DNA of 64,000 nucleotides from Dehalococcoidia bacterium (GTDB lineage: Bacteria > Chloroflexota > Dehalococcoidia > Lucifugimonadales > UBA3495). Every line of letters starts with the position of its first letter. Position 1 is the stretch's first letter. This document shows positions 18,705 to 28,405 of this stretch, piece after piece. Under the pieces are notes generated by a model. It ran no database searches. It saw only the letters and a list, made by a program, of their open reading frames with translations, and was not told where the DNA came from. The stretch is taken from contig OY761541.1 in assembly GCA_963664625.1 (NCBI GenBank), positions 2,059,670-2,123,669 on the forward strand. Direction: 5' to 3'. The translations under genes were made by a program, and so were the position numbers.

Positions 18705-19742
18705 CTACAGGGGCAGGGAAATAGCCTGTCCCGTTTGTGCGCTTCGGGTGACCGCCTCGGTCCACTCCATGTAATGGACTCCGACGTCGAAAGGAGTGCG
18801 GGTTATTTGTTCCTGTCCCCGGATGGCGTTGGCGAACTCTTCCTCCACCCTCCAGTAGGCTTGACCCTCCTGCGGGTTGGCCACCTCCGACAGCGCGGCG
18901 TCTCCCCGGCGTCCCGCGTAGACGTTCAACCGGTGGTCCAGCCGGATTGTGCCCTCGCTGCCGTACAGCCAGACCTCGTTGCCGGTGGAAAGCCCGGTAA
19001 CCGCGCTGAACCGCATGTGGGCTTGGGCGCCGTTAGCCAGTTCACAAAGAATATCCACGTGGTCCGGGATGCTGATGGTGTTCACGTTTCCGTCGTCGTC
19101 CCGCCGCGACGACACGTTGACCTTGGTCATGGCCATTACGCGGGTGGCCCGGCCCACCCACCGGATCATCGCTTCGTACCAGATGCCCATGTTCAGTATG
19201 TTGTACCCGCTCAGGTCCCGGTTATGGCGCCAGTGCATGGGGCCGGAAGCGTCGATGAAGTTGGGGCCCAACGACTGCAACTCCACCGCCAGCAACTCCC
19301 CCAAGTAGCCGTCGGCGATCATACGTTGCAGCAGGTTGTCCACCCTGAAAGTCAATGGCGAGGGGACTATCTGGGCCACAAGGTCGGGACGGAGCCGTGA
19401 CGCCGCCAGCATCTCGCGGGCTTCCTGGGCGTTGGTTGCCATCCGCGCTTCGCAAAGCACGTGCTTGCCCTTTTCCAACGCCGCCACGGTCATGGCGCTG
19501 TGCGTGTAGGGCCAGGTGCCTATGCAGACCGCGTTTATGCTTTCGTCCTCCAGTAGCGCACGCCAATCGTCGTAGACTTGCGGAATGTTGAACTGGTCCG
19601 CCACCCGCCTGCCGGATTCCCGGCTCCGGTTTGCCACGGCTACTATTTCCAAGCCTTCTACGCCCTGGAAACCGGGGATGTGTCGGTCGCGGGTGTTCAG
19701 GCCCGCTCCAATAAGGCCTACTCGAATCTCTTCATCAGGCAT
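18705..19742 (-). CDS. Gfo/Idh/MocA family oxidoreductase
   Basis: IRVGLIGAGLNTRDRHIPGF N-terminal Rossmann motif, 345 aa. Confidence 0.8.
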   Translation of the reverse strand: MPDEEIRVGLIGAGLNTRDRHIPGFQGVEGLEIVAVANRSRESGRRVADQFNIPQVYDDWRALLEDESINAVCIGTWPYTHSAMTVAALEKGKHVLCEARMATNAQEAREMLAASRLRPDLVAQIVPSPLTFRVDNLLQRMIADGYLGELLAVELQSLGPNFIDASGPMHWRHNRDLSGYNILNMGIWYEAMIRWVGRATRVMAMTKVNVSSRRDDDGNVNTISIPDHVDILCELANGAQAHMRFSAVTGLSTGNEVWLYGSEGTIRLDHRLNVYAGRRGDAALSEVANPQEGQAYWRVEEEFANAIRGQEQITRTPFDVGVHYMEWTEAVTRSAQTGQAISLPL

Positions 19743-20255
19743 GGTGTTGCTCCTAAAGTGGTATGGCCTAAATTGATATGAGGCTGGGTCACGCCATTAT
19801 AGGTTCACGGCCCAACTACCGTCCAGCAACCCCGACGCCAGGTCAATTCGTACTGCTCAACCGGCGTGGCCATGCCAAAGAATGTCAGTTTACTCATCCT
19901 GCATCCAAAGATTATCTAAGCATTCATCAATGTGTAGTTATTATGCATTATTGACAAATAACTATGCACGAATTATTATGCGTGCGAACGAATATACATA
20001 CACTTATTCTACAGATAACTGTATACAGTGCCATATATTTTTACTTGGATTTTGCAGCAGGAGCCATGATTCTCCCCATCTGGAAAATGTGGGCCACGAA
20101 TCTAAACAACTATAGTGTTACTGACTGGACAACTGCCGTGACGCAGCATCACCGTTTTTTCCATGTCAGGTCTCCACCTTGGTTGAAATCCGGCTCTCAA
20201 AGCAGGTCACAGCCATTAGTTTAGTGGTTGCTTCCTAAAGCATCGGAGGAGTTTG

Positions 20256-21566
20256 ATGTTAAAAACAAGATTTAATGTACCCATAACATTTCTTTTTATA
20301 GTCGCTGTGTTTACAATAGTTTTCATGTTTCCAGCGTGCGGGACCTCATCAGCTCCTCAAGTCCAACCCACTCCAACGCCGATGGACTTGGAAAGCATCC
20401 GCTCGGTAGTCCGGGAAGCAGTGGCCGACGCCAACAAGTCCGCCGCAACCTCCGAAGAAATCAACGCTGCGGTGGAAAAGGCAGTGGAGGATGCTATACC
20501 CGCTAGTATTCGCGCCGAAGACCTCTCTCCAATCGTGGAAACGGCTGTTGCAGATGCTATGTCCACACGCCCTACCAAGGAAGAAATCGGCCCGATGATG
20601 GAGAAAGCCGTAGCGGATGCCGTGGAAAAAGCATTGGAGCCGGGAAAGTTGGTGGTCTACTCCGGGCGCAGCCAGTCCTTGGTTGACCCCGTTATTCAAC
20701 AATTCGCCGAAGTCACTGGCATCGACGTGCAGGTGAAGTACGCCAAGACCTCCCAATTGGCGGCGACGCTCTTGGAGGAGGGCCGCAACAGCCCGGCGGA
20801 CGTTTTCTTTGCCCAGGACCCTGGCGGGCTTGGCGCCGTGGCAGAGATGTTGACCCCTCTTCCCGAAACCATCCTGGATCAGGTGCCAGCTTGGGCGCGC
20901 TCTCCCCAAGGACGATGGGTAGGCATTTCGGGCCGCGCCCGCACGGTGGTCTACAACACTGAACGGCTTACTGAAGCGGACTTGCCGTATGACATGTTCG
21001 GCTTCACCGGTCCCGAATGGAAGGACCGCATCGGTTGGGCCCCAACCAATGCGTCCTTCCAGACCATGGTCACGGCCATGCGGGCTGCATGGGGCGAGGA
21101 CAAGACGCGGACCTGGCTGCAAGGGGTCCAGGCCAATAACCCAACGATATACCCCAAGAATACTCCGCAGGTCGCCGCTGTTGCCGCAGGGGAAATCGAC
21201 GTCGGTTTCGTGAACCACTACTACCTGTTCCGCTTCCTTGCGGAGGAGGGTGAAGATTTCCCTGCCCGAAACTACCACCCCAGGGCCGGGGGGCCCGGCT
21301 CGATGATAATGGTGGCCGGCGCCGGGATTCTTGACACCGCGGAAAACCGAACTAACGCGGAGAGGCTTTTGGAGTTTTTGTTGTCCTCGCCGGGCCAGCA
21401 GTATTTCGCGTCCCAGACCTTCGAATATCCACTTGTGGATGATGTGAAGACCCAGAGGGTGCTGGTCCCCATCTCTGAAATCAACGCTCCGCAAATTCCC
21501 TTGTCCGACTTGGCAGACCTGTCCGGGACCCAACGATTGCTCCGGGAGACCGGCGTACTGCCCTAG
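20256..21566 (+). CDS. ABC transporter substrate-binding lipoprotein, Fe(III)-type (family 1 SBP)
   Basis: Lipobox FPAC. LVVYSGRSQSLVDPVIQQFAEVTGIDVQVKY...ADVFFAQDPGGLG resembles FbpA/AfuA. A repetitive AV-DA linker lies between the lipobox and the SBP fold. Confidence 0.7.
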   Translation: MLKTRFNVPITFLFIVAVFTIVFMFPACGTSSAPQVQPTPTPMDLESIRSVVREAVADANKSAATSEEINAAVEKAVEDAIPASIRAEDLSPIVETAVADAMSTRPTKEEIGPMMEKAVADAVEKALEPGKLVVYSGRSQSLVDPVIQQFAEVTGIDVQVKYAKTSQLAATLLEEGRNSPADVFFAQDPGGLGAVAEMLTPLPETILDQVPAWARSPQGRWVGISGRARTVVYNTERLTEADLPYDMFGFTGPEWKDRIGWAPTNASFQTMVTAMRAAWGEDKTRTWLQGVQANNPTIYPKNTPQVAAVAAGEIDVGFVNHYYLFRFLAEEGEDFPARNYHPRAGGPGSMIMVAGAGILDTAENRTNAERLLEFLLSSPGQQYFASQTFEYPLVDDVKTQRVLVPISEINAPQIPLSDLADLSGTQRLLRETGVLP

Positions 21567-21834
21567 TCGCTTTACCCCGCCCACTGTCTCAAGCTCCATG
21601 ACAAGGGATAGCGAATGTCATGGGGCTATTTGTTCGTCTTGCCTCTCAGGGCTGTTGCAGAAGCTGGAGAACGGCATTCCCAGCCACGATATCATCAGCA
21701 TCCTTGCCCAATTCACCAAAATCCATGTGCGATACCCTCGTCCGTTCCCGGACCGTCCGGCGCCGGCATTGCAGAATGTCCACTGCCCAAGGCAAAATGG
21801 TCATGGGACGTTCGACACTCCAAGGAGATATATC

Positions 21835-23238
21835 GTGATAACACGCACTGTCGCCTATCCGCCCAAGCCCGTGGTTGACCGCGCCGCGCTGCCACCAGGG
21901 CCGTCCGAATGGCCCGTAGTCGGTCAGTCCTTTCGGTACCTGTTCAACCTCCTCCCGTTCCTACGGGGGGCGGCGGCTTACGGCGATCTGGTCACGTTGT
22001 CGGTGAAACCGGCCTTGGTATACCTGGTCAACCACCCGGACCTGGTACAGGAGCTTTTCGTTACCAATCACCGGAGCGTGGGGCGCGGTTGGGTTACCGA
22101 TGCCCTTCGATACCTGATGGGTTATGGCTTGGTCACTGCCGATGGCCCGCTGCACCTGCGCCAACGCCGCTTGATGCAGCCCCAGTTTCACCACCGCCGT
22201 ATCGCCGGTTACGCCGAGATAATGACCGATTTTGCCCAGCGGCACCAAGACAACTGGCAGGACGGCGAACGGGTTGACTTGGCTTGGGAAATGGGCGAAC
22301 TGACCCTTCATATCGTCGTCAAGACTCTGTTCGACCTGGAACTGTCCGACACGGTGCGGCGCATAGGCGCCGCCTTTGAAATCAGCAATGATTACATCAA
22401 GGCCCGGGACAACCAGCCCCCGGCCCTGCGCCACTTGTTCCATCGCCTGCCTCTGCCTTTCACCCGCCGGTTCAAGCGGGAGTTGGCCTTCTTGGATGAA
22501 ACGGTCTATGGTCTCATTGAGCAGCGCCGCCGGTCGGGGCTGGAGGGAAACGACCTGTTGTCCCTGCTGTTGAATGTCCGGGATGAAGAAGCCGACAACC
22601 CGGACGATGCGGTGATGACCGACCTGCAAGTGCGGGATGAGGTCATCACCCTTTTCGCGGCCGGCCACGAGACCACCGCCGTGGCCTTGACCTGGACCTG
22701 GTACCTGCTGGCCACGCACCCCGACGTCCAAGCCCGTTTCCACGCCGAACTGGACGAGGCCCTCGGTGGACGGCCTCCGACCCTCGATGACTTGTCCAAG
22801 TTGACTTTCACTGGACGGGTCCTTACGGAGTCGATGCGGTTGTACCCGCCCATCTGGTCTACGGGCCGTATGACCTTCGAACCCATCACGCTGGGAGGCT
22901 ATCAAATTCCCGCCGGCGCAGCTTTGATTGCCCCGCAACTGATCATTCACCGTGACCCCCGCTGGTTTGACGACCCTCTGGAGTTCCGTCCTGATCGTTG
23001 GACGGAGGAATTCAAGGAGAAGCTGCCCCGGTTCGCTTACTATCCCTTCGGCGGAGGCCCCAGATTGTGCATCGGGGAGGGTTTCGCGTGGATGGAAGCA
23101 ATGCTGGTCCTGGCCACGATGGGACAGCGTTGGTCGATGCGCAGCGACCCAAGCCACAAGATTGTGCTGCATCCCCTGGTGTCCCTGCGGCCCAAGGGAG
23201 GTATGCCCATGTTCTTGGAACGACGCAACCATGCATAG
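21835..23238 (+). CDS. cytochrome P450
   Basis: FGGGPRLCIGEGFA heme-thiolate loop and AGHETT I-helix. Start moved to GTG 21835, 6 nt after AAGGAG; the 546-aa track ORF has a non-P450 leader. Confidence 0.85.
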   Translation: MITRTVAYPPKPVVDRAALPPGPSEWPVVGQSFRYLFNLLPFLRGAAAYGDLVTLSVKPALVYLVNHPDLVQELFVTNHRSVGRGWVTDALRYLMGYGLVTADGPLHLRQRRLMQPQFHHRRIAGYAEIMTDFAQRHQDNWQDGERVDLAWEMGELTLHIVVKTLFDLELSDTVRRIGAAFEISNDYIKARDNQPPALRHLFHRLPLPFTRRFKRELAFLDETVYGLIEQRRRSGLEGNDLLSLLLNVRDEEADNPDDAVMTDLQVRDEVITLFAAGHETTAVALTWTWYLLATHPDVQARFHAELDEALGGRPPTLDDLSKLTFTGRVLTESMRLYPPIWSTGRMTFEPITLGGYQIPAGAALIAPQLIIHRDPRWFDDPLEFRPDRWTEEFKEKLPRFAYYPFGGGPRLCIGEGFAWMEAMLVLATMGQRWSMRSDPSHKIVLHPLVSLRPKGGMPMFLERRNHA

Positions 23239-23293
23239 TCCGTTGCCCGGCTTGCTTCCATGCTCACCGGACAGGTGAAGGCGTCAGGCCGGG

Positions 23294-23773
23294 ATGATGC
23301 CGTTTCCTGGACTATTGAAATCCATTGCCCGTTCCCGTCCGTATCGAGTGGAAGAGGACAGTATGTTGCCGGCGTTGGCCGACGGTCAGTATGTGCTGAT
23401 GGTCCCCAAGGAACACCTTGGACGCCAACTGGGCCGGGGAGACATCGTTCTGCTCCGCCATCCCAGGGAGGCCGGCGATGTGTACGTCAAGCGCATCGTC
23501 GGGCTGCCGAACGAGACCATCCGGATGAAGGAAGGGCGGCTTCTGCTGAATGGGAGGCCGTTGCAGGAGGACTACCGCACCCTTGCCGCCGCGGAAAAGC
23601 CGATGGGACCGCAAGAATGGTCAACCGGTCACGACGAATATTTCGTGATTGGAGACAACCGCAAGCGAAGCCGCGACAGCAGATTTTTTGGGCCGGTGAA
23701 TAATCGGCTGATTATAGGTCGTGTCTGGTTCAGGTATTGGCCCCCAGCAGCATGGAAATTGTTGGGGTTATAG
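23294..23773 (+). CDS. signal peptidase I (S26) family protein, short form
   Basis: DSMLPAL (Ser), KRIVGLPNE (Lys), GDNRKRSRDSR box. Confidence 0.75.
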   Translation: MMPFPGLLKSIARSRPYRVEEDSMLPALADGQYVLMVPKEHLGRQLGRGDIVLLRHPREAGDVYVKRIVGLPNETIRMKEGRLLLNGRPLQEDYRTLAAAEKPMGPQEWSTGHDEYFVIGDNRKRSRDSRFFGPVNNRLIIGRVWFRYWPPAAWKLLGL

Positions 23774-23782
23774 AATGCAAAC

Positions 23783-24742
23783 ATGGTGATTAAGTGGGTC
23801 TCGGCAGGCAAGTCCGGCACCGCCTGCGTTAAAAACGCTATCAGTCGCAGCCCTGTGGTGCGGAACTGGGTGCTGGTGCTGACGTGGAGAGTCGCCCGGG
23901 GGATGTTCCGTGTCGAGGCCACCCACCTTGCCGCCGGGGTAGCCTACTATACCCTTTTGTCCTTGTTTCCGTTGGTCCTGGGGCTGCTGGCGATACTGGG
24001 TATTATTCTCGCTCCGGAAGAGACCCAGCAGAGGTTCCTGGATTTCGTAACGGTCAACCTGCCGGGTTCCCGTCTGTTCGTGGAAGAGAATGTAGAGACG
24101 CTGGTGCAGCTTCGGGAAGCGCTGGGGGCGGGGGCTATTCTGGGCATACTGTGGACCGCCATCATCGGTTTCGGAGCGGTCGCCCGGGCCGTTAATCGGG
24201 CGTGGGAAATAAACGAAAATCCGCCCTTTTATATGGCCAGGCCTTTCCACGCCGTGATGGCTTTGTTTGTCGGGAGCTTGTTCCTGGTTTCCACATCGAT
24301 CAGCTCTGCCATCGAGTTCCTGACCGGCACTACCCGCGAGCTTGGCATCCCGTTACAGGAACTCTTCCAAATCTCGGGGGCAGGGCACATGGCGTTGCAC
24401 TTGGTCCCCACGTCCTTGAATTTCCTGATTTTTTTGATGATTTACCGGTTCTCTCCCAACTGCAAGACCTTCTGGCGTTACGTTTGGCTGGGAGCCGTGG
24501 TGGCCGCGCTGTTGCTCGAAACCGCCAAAATCCTGTTTCTGTGGTACTTGGACAACGTCTACGACTATACCCAGGTCTATGGCTCCGTCGCTTCGGTGAT
24601 AGTGCTCATGATATGGATTTTCGTGTCGTCGATGATACTGCTGCTGGGAGCGCAGATCAGCTTCGAGTATAGCCGCCTAAAACTTGGGTTGCAGATTGGA
24701 GACCCAATGCCGCCCAAGCCCAACGGTTACTGGAGCAACTGA
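23783..24742 (+). CDS. YihY/BrkB family membrane protein
   Basis: AAGVAYYTLLSLFPLVLGLLAILG plus multiple TM segments. Confidence 0.75.
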   Translation: MVIKWVSAGKSGTACVKNAISRSPVVRNWVLVLTWRVARGMFRVEATHLAAGVAYYTLLSLFPLVLGLLAILGIILAPEETQQRFLDFVTVNLPGSRLFVEENVETLVQLREALGAGAILGILWTAIIGFGAVARAVNRAWEINENPPFYMARPFHAVMALFVGSLFLVSTSISSAIEFLTGTTRELGIPLQELFQISGAGHMALHLVPTSLNFLIFLMIYRFSPNCKTFWRYVWLGAVVAALLLETAKILFLWYLDNVYDYTQVYGSVASVIVLMIWIFVSSMILLLGAQISFEYSRLKLGLQIGDPMPPKPNGYWSN

Positions 24743-25012
24743 CTACAGCTTCCAGAAATTTCCTACCTGGCAGATCATGTCCACTTTGTGGATCGACTCC
24801 GCCGGCCACCCGACCATGTTGATCCAGTCCTCGAAGTGGGACTGCTCCACCGCTTCGCACTCGGTGACCAGTTTGCCGGTCTCCATGTCGCCGTAGACCT
24901 TGAGGATGGTGGTGCGCCGGTCGGGTCTCCACTTGCTGACGCCGTTTAGTTTCTCGCGGAAGGCTTCCTCGGAAATGCCGGGCACACTGTGAATTGCGAT
25001 GAATCGGGCCAT
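24743..25012 (-). CDS. DUF4242-like small protein
   Basis: MARFIAIHSVPGISEEAFREKL..., 89 aa. The family call is from pattern memory. Confidence 0.5.
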   Translation of the reverse strand: MARFIAIHSVPGISEEAFREKLNGVSKWRPDRRTTILKVYGDMETGKLVTECEAVEQSHFEDWINMVGWPAESIHKVDMICQVGNFWKL

Positions 25013-25065
25013 GTCGTTTGTTCACCCCTCAGAAACCATCTTGAAACTTGACGCAGTACCGAACT

Positions 25066-25149
25066 CGTCATTGCCATGAAAATAGGCCATTTTCATATTC
25101 ATACGTGGCCCCTGGGGCCATCTGTCATTCCCGCGAAGGCGGGAATCCA
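25066..25149. repeat. 84-bp composite repeat, copy 1 (three hairpins ending in a REP)
   Basis: Collinear with 57991-58075. Stems are atgaaaat/attttcat, tggcccc/ggggcca, and the REP gtcattcccgcgaaggcgggaatcca. Confidence 0.8.
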
Positions 25150-25208
25150 CATCCCTCGACTGGCGATGATCGGGCACCGGTAAAATCAGCCGGTTTTGAG
25201 ATAGCTCC

Positions 25209-25769
25209 TCAGTCAGCCGGGGGTACGAACGGGTACGGTATCTCCAGGCCGTCCTTAAGGGGTAGCACCACGGTCGCCGAGCCGGGCATGCTTTCGATGC
25301 TGTCCTGGGTCTTCATGCCAATGTCCAGCTCAACGAAGCCCATGCCGCCCTTTTCATACTTGCCGGTTACTATGCCCCACATAATCAGGACGTCCCCGGG
25401 GACCAGCATCGCCCGGTGCTCGAAACGGGCCTTCCAAGGCCAACCCTTGGGCAGGGTCCAGTCTTTCAGGTATTGCGGCACCACGCTCTGTTTCCACGAC
25501 CCGTGCACCAGTATGCTGGGGTTCTTGTCGTGGTTCAGACCGAAGTCCAGGTCGTAATGAATGCGGTGGAAGTTCTCTATGGCCGCGCTCCACCGGAAAA
25601 GGTGCGTGGGCGTGGGGCGGTAGATGTACTTGGGCAGTTCCATGCCTTCGTACACGTCTTCGTAGTAGGTCTGCTCCTTGTTGCGCAGTCCCTCCGCGGA
25701 GGGACGCTCGTTATGCGCCCAGATTTCGTCGGGTGACATGTTGAGCAGGTCTTCCAGTGGGACGGTCAT
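25209..25769 (-). CDS. MaoC-like (R)-hydratase hotdog protein
   Basis: FRWSAAIENFHRIHYDLDF...VHGSW is a MaoC dehydratase pattern. Confidence 0.7.
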   Translation of the reverse strand: MTVPLEDLLNMSPDEIWAHNERPSAEGLRNKEQTYYEDVYEGMELPKYIYRPTPTHLFRWSAAIENFHRIHYDLDFGLNHDKNPSILVHGSWKQSVVPQYLKDWTLPKGWPWKARFEHRAMLVPGDVLIMWGIVTGKYEKGGMGFVELDIGMKTQDSIESMPGSATVVLPLKDGLEIPYPFVPPAD

Positions 25770-25832
25770 ATTGACTACTCCTCGCCGGGAATACTGATGG
25801 CCTTCACCTTGATTCCCCCATACGGGGCAGGG

Positions 25833-26384
25833 CTACCGGCGGATGGTGGACGCCCGGGTGATGCACAGCAGGTCGTCCTTCTGGTTCTTATAGGTGGTCT
25901 CGGTGGTAATGATCAGGAACGGCCTGCCGTCGCGTCCGACCCGCTCCCGGATGTCCGAGTACCTGTTCTGGAAAAAGACCTTGTCGCCGATGGACGGGTA
26001 CTGGTAAATCTCCAGTTCGTTGCCGGCGTTCAGCACCCGCACCAAGTCTGTCGGCACGCTGGGCAGCGCCCCCGGACGCTCCACCCGGCCAATGCCGTCG
26101 GACATTGGGTCATCTTCGAAAGCCCTGGTTATCGGGTCTTCCTGGTCGGGCCGTATCCGGCTGGCCATATAGCTGACCATGATGGGCGGGGTAATAATCC
26201 CGCCGTACTGGGTGTTCCCGGCGAATTCGTGGTCCCAGTACCTGGGGTCGGGGTCCATCACCGCTTGGGTGAACCTTCTCAGGTATTCCTCGTCCACGAC
26301 CCCCCAAGCCTCCACCACCTCGCCCTCCACTCCTATCATCGCCTTGACCTCGGGAGTAAGCGCGGATTGGGTCTGCTGCGTCAT
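25833..26384 (-). CDS. FAS1-like/MaoC N-terminal hotdog dehydratase protein
   Basis: EEYLRRFTQAVMDPDPRYWD...GGIITPP. It is paired with 25209-25769. Confidence 0.65.
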   Translation of the reverse strand: MTQQTQSALTPEVKAMIGVEGEVVEAWGVVDEEYLRRFTQAVMDPDPRYWDHEFAGNTQYGGIITPPIMVSYMASRIRPDQEDPITRAFEDDPMSDGIGRVERPGALPSVPTDLVRVLNAGNELEIYQYPSIGDKVFFQNRYSDIRERVGRDGRPFLIITTETTYKNQKDDLLCITRASTIRR

Positions 26385-26634
26385 ATTCCTATCCTCAGGA
26401 GGGAAGTTGCCCCAAGCCTACCTTACGGTATTTGCCCTAGTCAACACGCACGGGTGTATGTACCGGGCCTGTGTCCAGTCGCCCCATCTGGTGCGGGCTG
26501 GACGCCCGCGCTCCTTCGTGGCGGGGTTTCGGGAGAGATTTGGGGATGAGCAACGGGTGAGTGGAAAACGCCGCGCATCACAACCGCCCTGCCGCCTTTG
26601 AGAAATGATACAATCGGAAATCGAGCAGGGATAG

Positions 26635-27468
26635 ATGACCACCATCAACGACATATCGGACCTGATCAGGATACTGCGCGACGACCCGGCATGGGCCGAC
26701 GCCGTCCGAAGCGTCCTGCTGTCCCAAGAACTGCTGAGGCTGCCTGAGGAAGTCGCCGCCCTCACCAAGGCCTTCCGGGAGCACGCAGAAACCACCAACC
26801 GGAGACTCGAAAGCTTGGAGCAGGGACAAGCCCAGCTCCAGACTGCCTTCAATGGCCTACAGACCACCGTCAGCGGCCTGGAGACCAAGGTCAACGGCCT
26901 GGAGACCACCGTCAGCGGCTTGCAGACCACCGTCAGCGGTCTACAGACCACCGTCAGCGGTCTACAGACCACCGTCAACAGCATGAGAGGAGAGTTGGGC
27001 AACCTGTCCGGGTCCTTCTTCCAGAGACGCGCGGCAAACTTCGCAGAGCGCGTCGCCAGGAGAGACTTTCACCTCCGGCAAACCAGATTTGTGCACCATG
27101 CCGATCAAATCGGAGACAACGCCCTCAAGCAGATGATCAACGACGCTGCCGAAGACGCTTCCCGAGACTTCACCGAGGACGCCGCCGCTCTGGTGGAACA
27201 GGCAGACGCCGTCGTTGCGGGCAAAGCCCCGGACGGGACCGAAGTCTACCTGCTGGTCGAGGCGTCCATCACTGTAGTCAAAGACGATGTCGACCGGGCA
27301 AAAGACAGAGCGGAACTGCTGGAGCGCGCCATCGGCGCGACAACCCACGCCGTTGTCATAGGCGAAACTATCACCGACGATGCCGCGACACAAGCAAAAA
27401 ACAGGGCCGTCACATTCGCCGCCTTCACCCCGAGAAGGTCCCCGGCCCAGGACCTCACAGAAGGATAA
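26635..27468 (+). CDS. coiled-coil protein with heptad tandem repeats and a C-terminal PD-(D/E)xK-like domain (inference)
   Basis: Six GLQTTVS/GLETKVN heptads. The C-terminus ...DAVVAGKAPDGTEVYLLVEASITVVKDDVDRAKDRAELLERA... resembles coiled-coil/nuclease-fold families. Confidence 0.6.
   Translation: MTTINDISDLIRILRDDPAWADAVRSVLLSQELLRLPEEVAALTKAFREHAETTNRRLESLEQGQAQLQTAFNGLQTTVSGLETKVNGLETTVSGLQTTVSGLQTTVSGLQTTVNSMRGELGNLSGSFFQRRAANFAERVARRDFHLRQTRFVHHADQIGDNALKQMINDAAEDASRDFTEDAAALVEQADAVVAGKAPDGTEVYLLVEASITVVKDDVDRAKDRAELLERAIGATTHAVVIGETITDDAATQAKNRAVTFAAFTPRRSPAQDLTEG
26854..26979 (+). repeat. 21-bp tandem repeat x6 within a CDS
   Basis: ggc-ctn-cag/gag-acc-acc/aag-gtc-agc/aac units; the last three units are nearly identical. 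Confidence 0.9.
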
Positions 27469-27609
27469 TTTTCCTGCTCAACAAACGAGGAAAAACCCCG
27501 GAGAAACCCGATGGGAACGGTGATCGTTCCTTTCCTTGTGATTTGGTTGGGGCTGGGTTAATATTGGCCCGGATTTCACCGGGCGATTTTTCTCGAGCGG
27601 AGGGACGAT

Positions 27610-28401
27610 ATGCGCCAGAATCGGGTCAAGAGGGTAATGCGGGAAGGCCAGTTGGCCATTGGCACTTACGTGGCCTTGGGAGACCCCCAAGTGGTAGAGA
27701 TAATCGGGTTGGCCGGGTTCGACGCCGCCTTCATCGACATGGAGCATACCACCTTCGACCTGACCCTGGTGGAAGAGATGATTCGCGCCGCCGACTTGGC
27801 GGGCGTCACCTCCATTGTCCGTATACCTGGCAATGACTCCAGCCTCATCCTGCGTTTGCTTGATGCCGGCGCAGAGGGCATCATCGTCCCCCACGTGGAA
27901 GGACTGGAGGGGGCCAAGCGGGCCGTGGACGCCGTTCGCTACCCGCCCTTGGGGCAACGTGGCGCGGCGGGCGGCACCCGTGCGGCCCGTTTCGGCACCA
28001 TCTCTTGGACTGAGCACACCCAACAATCGAACGACGAGATACTGCTTTCCGTGATGGTTGAGGACGCCAAGGGCATCGACGACGTGGAGAAAATAGCCGC
28101 CCTCGACGGAATAGACTTGGTGGCGGTGGGCCCCAACGACTTTTCAGAATACTTGGGCATCCGCGACCCCAGCGACCCGCGGCTCAGGATCAGGCTCAAG
28201 GAGGTTGCCGACAAAGTCCGCGAGATAGGCAAAGCTAAACTGGCTGTGTCTATGAACCACCCGTCCCTGCCCCTGAACGCCCAGGAACTGGTCGAGCTTG
28301 GCGTCGGCTATTCCCACGTTGCGCCCCCACCGCCAACCATCCTTTACCAAGCAATGAAGCAAACGGTAGAGGGCATTCACCGGTCCTTGGGCCGCGCGTA
28401 A
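27610..28401 (+). CDS. HpcH/HpaI family aldolase
   Basis: GFDAAFIDMEHT, IVRIPGND, GAEGIIVPHVE. Confidence 0.8.
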   Translation: MRQNRVKRVMREGQLAIGTYVALGDPQVVEIIGLAGFDAAFIDMEHTTFDLTLVEEMIRAADLAGVTSIVRIPGNDSSLILRLLDAGAEGIIVPHVEGLEGAKRAVDAVRYPPLGQRGAAGGTRAARFGTISWTEHTQQSNDEILLSVMVEDAKGIDDVEKIAALDGIDLVAVGPNDFSEYLGIRDPSDPRLRIRLKEVADKVREIGKAKLAVSMNHPSLPLNAQELVELGVGYSHVAPPPPTILYQAMKQTVEGIHRSLGRA

Positions 28402-28405
28402 ACCG

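Noticed and set aside
18549-19400. 283-aa plus-strand ORF starting in REP sequence (PPSRERRW...)
   Set aside because: It is antisense to the Gfo/Idh/MocA gene and its N-terminus is REP-derived.
21961-23232. 423-aa antisense ORF over the P450 gene
   Set aside because: The plus-strand frame carries the P450 heme loop and I-helix. The antisense frame has low-complexity composition.
26418-27002. 194-aa minus-strand ORF with RPLTVVC repeats, and likewise 33326-33862 (-) with SAFNSVRTS repeats
   Set aside because: They are mirror translations of the tandem-repeat coding regions. The plus-strand frames have proper starts, non-repeat domains and, for 33207, a tail anchor.
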